From: Paraspadella gotoi
Lineage: Eukaryota; Animalia; Chaetognatha
Direction: 5' to 3'
Length of the DNA: 64,000 bases
NCBI GenBank assembly: GCA_051294375.1
Contig: CM119271.1
Span: forward strand, 16,827,799-16,891,798
The notes below the pieces were generated by a model that saw only the letters and a list, made by a program, of their open reading frames with translations, searched no databases and had not been told where the DNA came from. Positions 60,236 to 64,000 of the stretch are shown here, piece by piece; within the stretch, counting starts at the first letter, position 1; every line of letters begins with the position of its first letter. A program made the position numbers and the translations under genes.

Positions 60236-60727
60236 AAGCAACATCAACAGCAACAGCAACAGCGACGAAGATAAAATAAAGCCCTCCGCTGACAAGGAAA
60301 ACAAAAGCGCAAACAAGTAGTTGACGTCAAATATTTGTTCGATTCTGCCGTCAGTGTTGACCGGGGGAAAAGGTGGCGCTGGCGTCGGCGGCTGAGGCGG
60401 CGGCTGAGGCGGCGGCTAAGGCGGCGGAGGCGGCGGCTGAGGCGGCGGAGGCGGCGGCTGAGGCGGAGTTTAATATTCAAAAATTCCGTTGCCTCCTTGC
60501 TCGGTAGCATTTAAGAGAATCAAATGTTTCCCAACGACATAAAACGTGACGACTAACTGTTTCGTGTGCAATTTTCTTAATCCCTAACCCTAATCCCTAA
60601 CCCTAATTCCTAATCCCAAACCCCCTAAACAAAATTTTTTATCTCAACCCTTAACTTTAACTTTAACTTTAATTCACTACAGTAAAATGGGTATTAACCC
60701 AGTTTGATATCATCAGTTTTTTATCAT

Positions 60728-60768
60728 CAGTCTCTTCTGAAGCGTGGGTTCGAATCCCACGGCTGCCA
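60728..60768 (+). pseudogene. 3' half of tRNA-Leu (AAG/TAG type): variable arm, T arm and acceptor strand
   Basis: CAGTCTCTTCTGAAGCGTGGGTTCGAATCCCACGGCTGCCA differs at 3 positions from the recalled metazoan CAGTCTCTTCGGAGGCGTGGGTTCGAATCCCACCGCTGCCA; no 5' half upstream. Confidence 0.8.
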
Positions 60769-61651
60769 CTACATTTAAGGAAAAGCTCATGGATTGTAGA
60801 GATATGTCCCCCGTTTTTTCCCCATTTATTTGTTTGCCTTTTGTTATTACCGTTTCTGCCGATAGATGCCTCTTCTTTTCTTTAGGAGATTACACTCCTC
60901 TTTTCTTTTCTTACCAGATATACTAGGCCCATGTAGATTCTGAGGACTTTTCCGCCCGTCATCAAACTGACTTTTACGAAGTTTCTAGACGTCTTCATGT
61001 CACCATCGTCACCCTTTGATACCATTTGTAGTCAGTGACGCCAAGGCCACAGAGCCCACTACAAGACCACACTTCGAGAGACTTGTGGACGTACTCGTGG
61101 TCAGACTTTAGCCTTCGTCAGAGACTTGCGGATAGACTTGTGGCCCACGTCTTACGGCCACGCTTGGTGACGATAGCCTCGCCGATTACGGGCTCACGGC
61201 GCCGACTTACGGCGCAGTCGAGCCCTGACTCCCTTCATCACGGCAAGTCGACGTCCTCGGCGCACGCGCAACGGCGCCAGACGCGGCCATGCCCACTTCC
61301 GGAGACGTCAGCGAGGGACGTGTAGGACGACGGTCCTCCGTAGCGGCGCGACGGCGGTCAAGCTGAGGCGGCTACACGAACTTCCAGTCAATTTGTTACG
61401 CCAATGATTTATAACAATTGTAATAAAATATTTCCAGAGTAAACAAATATGTTTAATGAAAAATCATTACATAACTCTCTCCTCCTTCTCTCCTCCCTCT
61501 CTCTCCTCTCTCTCTCTCTCTCTCTTCTCTCCTCTCTCCCCTATATCAACGAACGGTGATGAAGGCAGGCGCCGACCCGTTTGGCCAGTTTTCCATCGCA
61601 GGCGAACAAGTGACCCGGAAATTGGCCTCTCCCTCCCTTCTCTCTCTCTCG

Positions 61652-61717
<66 letters not shown>

Positions 61718-61776
61718 TCTTCCCCTCCCTTCCTAATCATATAATCTATTTCATATCATTAAGACAAGATTTATAT

Positions 61777-62177
61777 AAACAATTTGAAGCAAACAATGTC
61801 GGATCTGCCTACGATAATTTAGCAGTAAGTAGTTGATCAGATGGAATGTACGATGAATGTGTCAAGAAAACAGTATAATAATAATAAGAGAGAGAAATAA
61901 CATTAAATAATAATCAGATTTCTAAATTAAAAAAATAAAAAAATAATCAATCAATCATTTAACCAAATTAACAATCAATCAATCAGAGAAATTAGAGAGA
62001 GAGAAACTTTTAAAAAATCAAATAAATGTGTCTTTTGGTCTTTTTTGCATAATTTATCATATTTGAAGTTCTGATATGATAATAATGATTTACCGACAAG
62101 ATTTTGGGTGCGACCGACGGACCGACAAAGTAAATTAATAGAGTTGGAATCTGCTGATAAGCAGATCCGACTAAAAA
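61777..62177 (-). mobile_element. DINE-1/HINE-like element, copy 4 (internally rearranged, no GGAC tract)
   Basis: Both ends present: AAACAATGTCGGATCTGCC at about 61791-61809 and GAGTTGGAATCTGCTGATAAGCAGATCCGACT at about 62141-62172. Confidence 0.72.
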
Positions 62178-62565
62178 CTTCCCGATGTATGTACATGTAC
62201 AATGTCTTTTGTACTTTATTATTATTGATTGATGTGTCTACGACACGACGACAAAGATAATGAAAATTACGACGACGACGACGAGGACACGAAGACGACG
62301 ACGACAACGACGACGACAACGACGACAAGATTCATGAATCAGATTAAACTAAGTTTATTTTTTTAAAAACTAACAGACACGTCGTTACCTCATCTCAATT
62401 TCATGGTTACGGTGCATCAGGAAAATTGTTTAAAAAAAAACAATAATTGTAAAATATAGTAGCGCTTGTAGTTATTGTGAGAACGCAAGGGCGAATTGTG
62501 AGTTATTGTTTGTAAAATAGAAAAATAAAAATAAAAGCAAACTCGTGCGAGGCCAAAGACCCTGG

Positions 62566-62637
<72 letters not shown>

Positions 62638-62719
62638 GCTAAAATTGGACCACAAAATGCCCTGCCAGGCCAAAAAAGAAAGTTAAGCCGCCTCAAATAA
62701 AAAATGCAGAGAAACTTAC

Positions 62720-63434
62720 CATAGTGCCGAATCTACTTCCGCCGTTTCTGGCCGCCGCCGCAGCCGCAGCCGCCACCGCCGCGGCAGAGACGGCGCCGTT
62801 TCCTCCGCCGCCTCCGTTTTTCATAAACTCGGCGTCGACCACGTGATCGTGAAGTAGCGCCGCTTCGCTGGATGTCGGCGTTCCTTGCGGCGACACGGCC
62901 AATGACGGGGTTGCCGAAGGCAGAAACTGATGATGACTCTTGCTGCCGAGAATTTGCTGATGTTGCTGTTGCTGCTGAGACGCTAGCGCCGCAGCTAGCG
63001 GCGTCCCGCGTCCGAGAGTCAGCGGAATAGCGTCTCCGTAGATCTGATGGTGAGGCGGTGGCGGCGCCTTGAGAATGGCGCCGTCAGCGCCGGTCGGGCC
63101 GATGGAATGCAAGATGTGATGAGGATGATGATGAAGAGGAAGATGATGCCGGGGAGAGTTGCCGAGAACGCCGCCGGACGCCGGACCACCACCGACGCCG
63201 CCAACGACGCCGCCGACCGGACGACGGCGCCGGCAGAGGCAGAGGCCGCGGCGTTGGAGAAGGAAAAGGGAGAGGAAGAAGAGGAGGCAGGCGACGACGA
63301 TGGTGAGCACGAGCATGAGGATCCCGGCGCCGGTTCGATTCCGGGATGAGGAGGAAGGGGAGAAGAAAACGGCGCCGTCGAGGAGAGAAGTGGCGCCGTC
63401 TTCCATCTTGGCCGGGCGATGGTCGGAAGGGGAT
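62720..63434 (-). CDS. Exon of a single-pass transmembrane protein with a low-complexity His/Gln/Ala/Gly-rich cytoplasmic region
   Basis: 715-bp GC-rich open exon, acceptor ccttttctcccag| and donor ACTATG|gtaagt. Hydrophobic stretch GILMLVLTIVVACLLFFLSLFLL followed by basic QRRGLCLCRRRR. Family not recognised and flanking exons not located. Confidence 0.8.
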
Positions 63435-63528
63435 CTGGGAGAAAAGGGGAATGTATGTAAGTTATAAACAATTAAACAATTAAACATGTATGAATAGATA
63501 TTTTCTCTAACTAAGGTCGGGTAAGTCT

Positions 63529-63578
63529 GACTCTTAATCCTGGGGTCGTGGGTTCGAGCCCCACATTGGGTCGCGCCA
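63529..63578 (+). pseudogene. 3' part of tRNA-Lys(CTT) from the anticodon loop to a CCA-like end
   Basis: GACTCTTAATCCTGGGGTCGTGGGTTCGAGCCCCACATTGGGTCGCGCCA vs recalled GACTCTTAATCTCAGGGTCGTGGGTTCGAGCCCCACGTTGGGCG(CCA); the 5' acceptor strand and D arm are absent. Confidence 0.8.
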
Positions 63579-64000
63579 CTCTAACTAAGTGGTCGCGGTA
63601 AGTCTGACTGAAATCTAGGTAAGTAAAGAGGGGAAATGGTGGGAAAGGAATATATATTGTAAGCGGCAAAATCGACGGTAAAAAAAATGGTAACAGAGGA
63701 ACTGAACGGCTGAGAGGGACGGTGAGAGAGAAAGAGAGGAAAGAGTGCGAATGAAAAACCATAAACCCCGGACTCGAGCCTGATCTCCGGGAGGAGGGGG
63801 AGGAGGATGAGGAGAAATGATGAGGAAACGCTGGCATGTTGGCGAAACCTATCGGTTCTTTCTGATTTTTTATAATATTATATTTCTCAACAATCAGCAT
63901 TTTGATGCTAGTGCGGAGTATAATTTAGTATTCATTACAATAGAAACATTCTTGGAAATATTATAACACTTCATTGAAAGGGAAGCCAGGTTTACTGGGA

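Noticed and set aside
60581-60670. Telomere-like CCCTAA repeats (also about 14480-14620)
   Set aside because: Short, degenerate and interstitial; not evidence of a chromosome end or fusion.
60728-63578. tRNA 3' halves as att sites of an integrative element
   Set aside because: They derive from different tRNAs, bracket a spliceosomal exon, and no integrase is present.

Overview
AT-rich, microsatellite-dense metazoan (invertebrate-like) nuclear DNA from a gapped draft assembly; no prokaryotic features. Supported genes are all on the minus strand. They are the first coding exon of a Musashi/Rbp6-family RRM gene (422-506, continuing off the left edge), a five-exon NAT16/histidine-N-acetyltransferase-like GNAT gene with four lesions (56211-58583), and an exon of a single-pass transmembrane protein (62720-63434). 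A weaker four-exon orphan model with one in-frame TGA lies at 15071-18845. About 16 kb of 2917-30815 is two indel-ridden extra copies of parts of 11490-23018, each starting at an exactly 25-N gap, which is most likely a long-read gap-filling artefact. The rest holds four DINE-1/HINE-like elements, two long-TIR elements with 8-9 bp TSDs, small TA-flanked MITEs, two tRNA 3'-half fragments and many minisatellites. Most ORFs in the supplied track are microsatellite translations. No novel system is demonstrated. The best leads are the NAT16-like gene's possibly splice-rescuable lesions, the two in-frame TGA-CG codons and the direct-repeat-flanked tRNA-Lys half.
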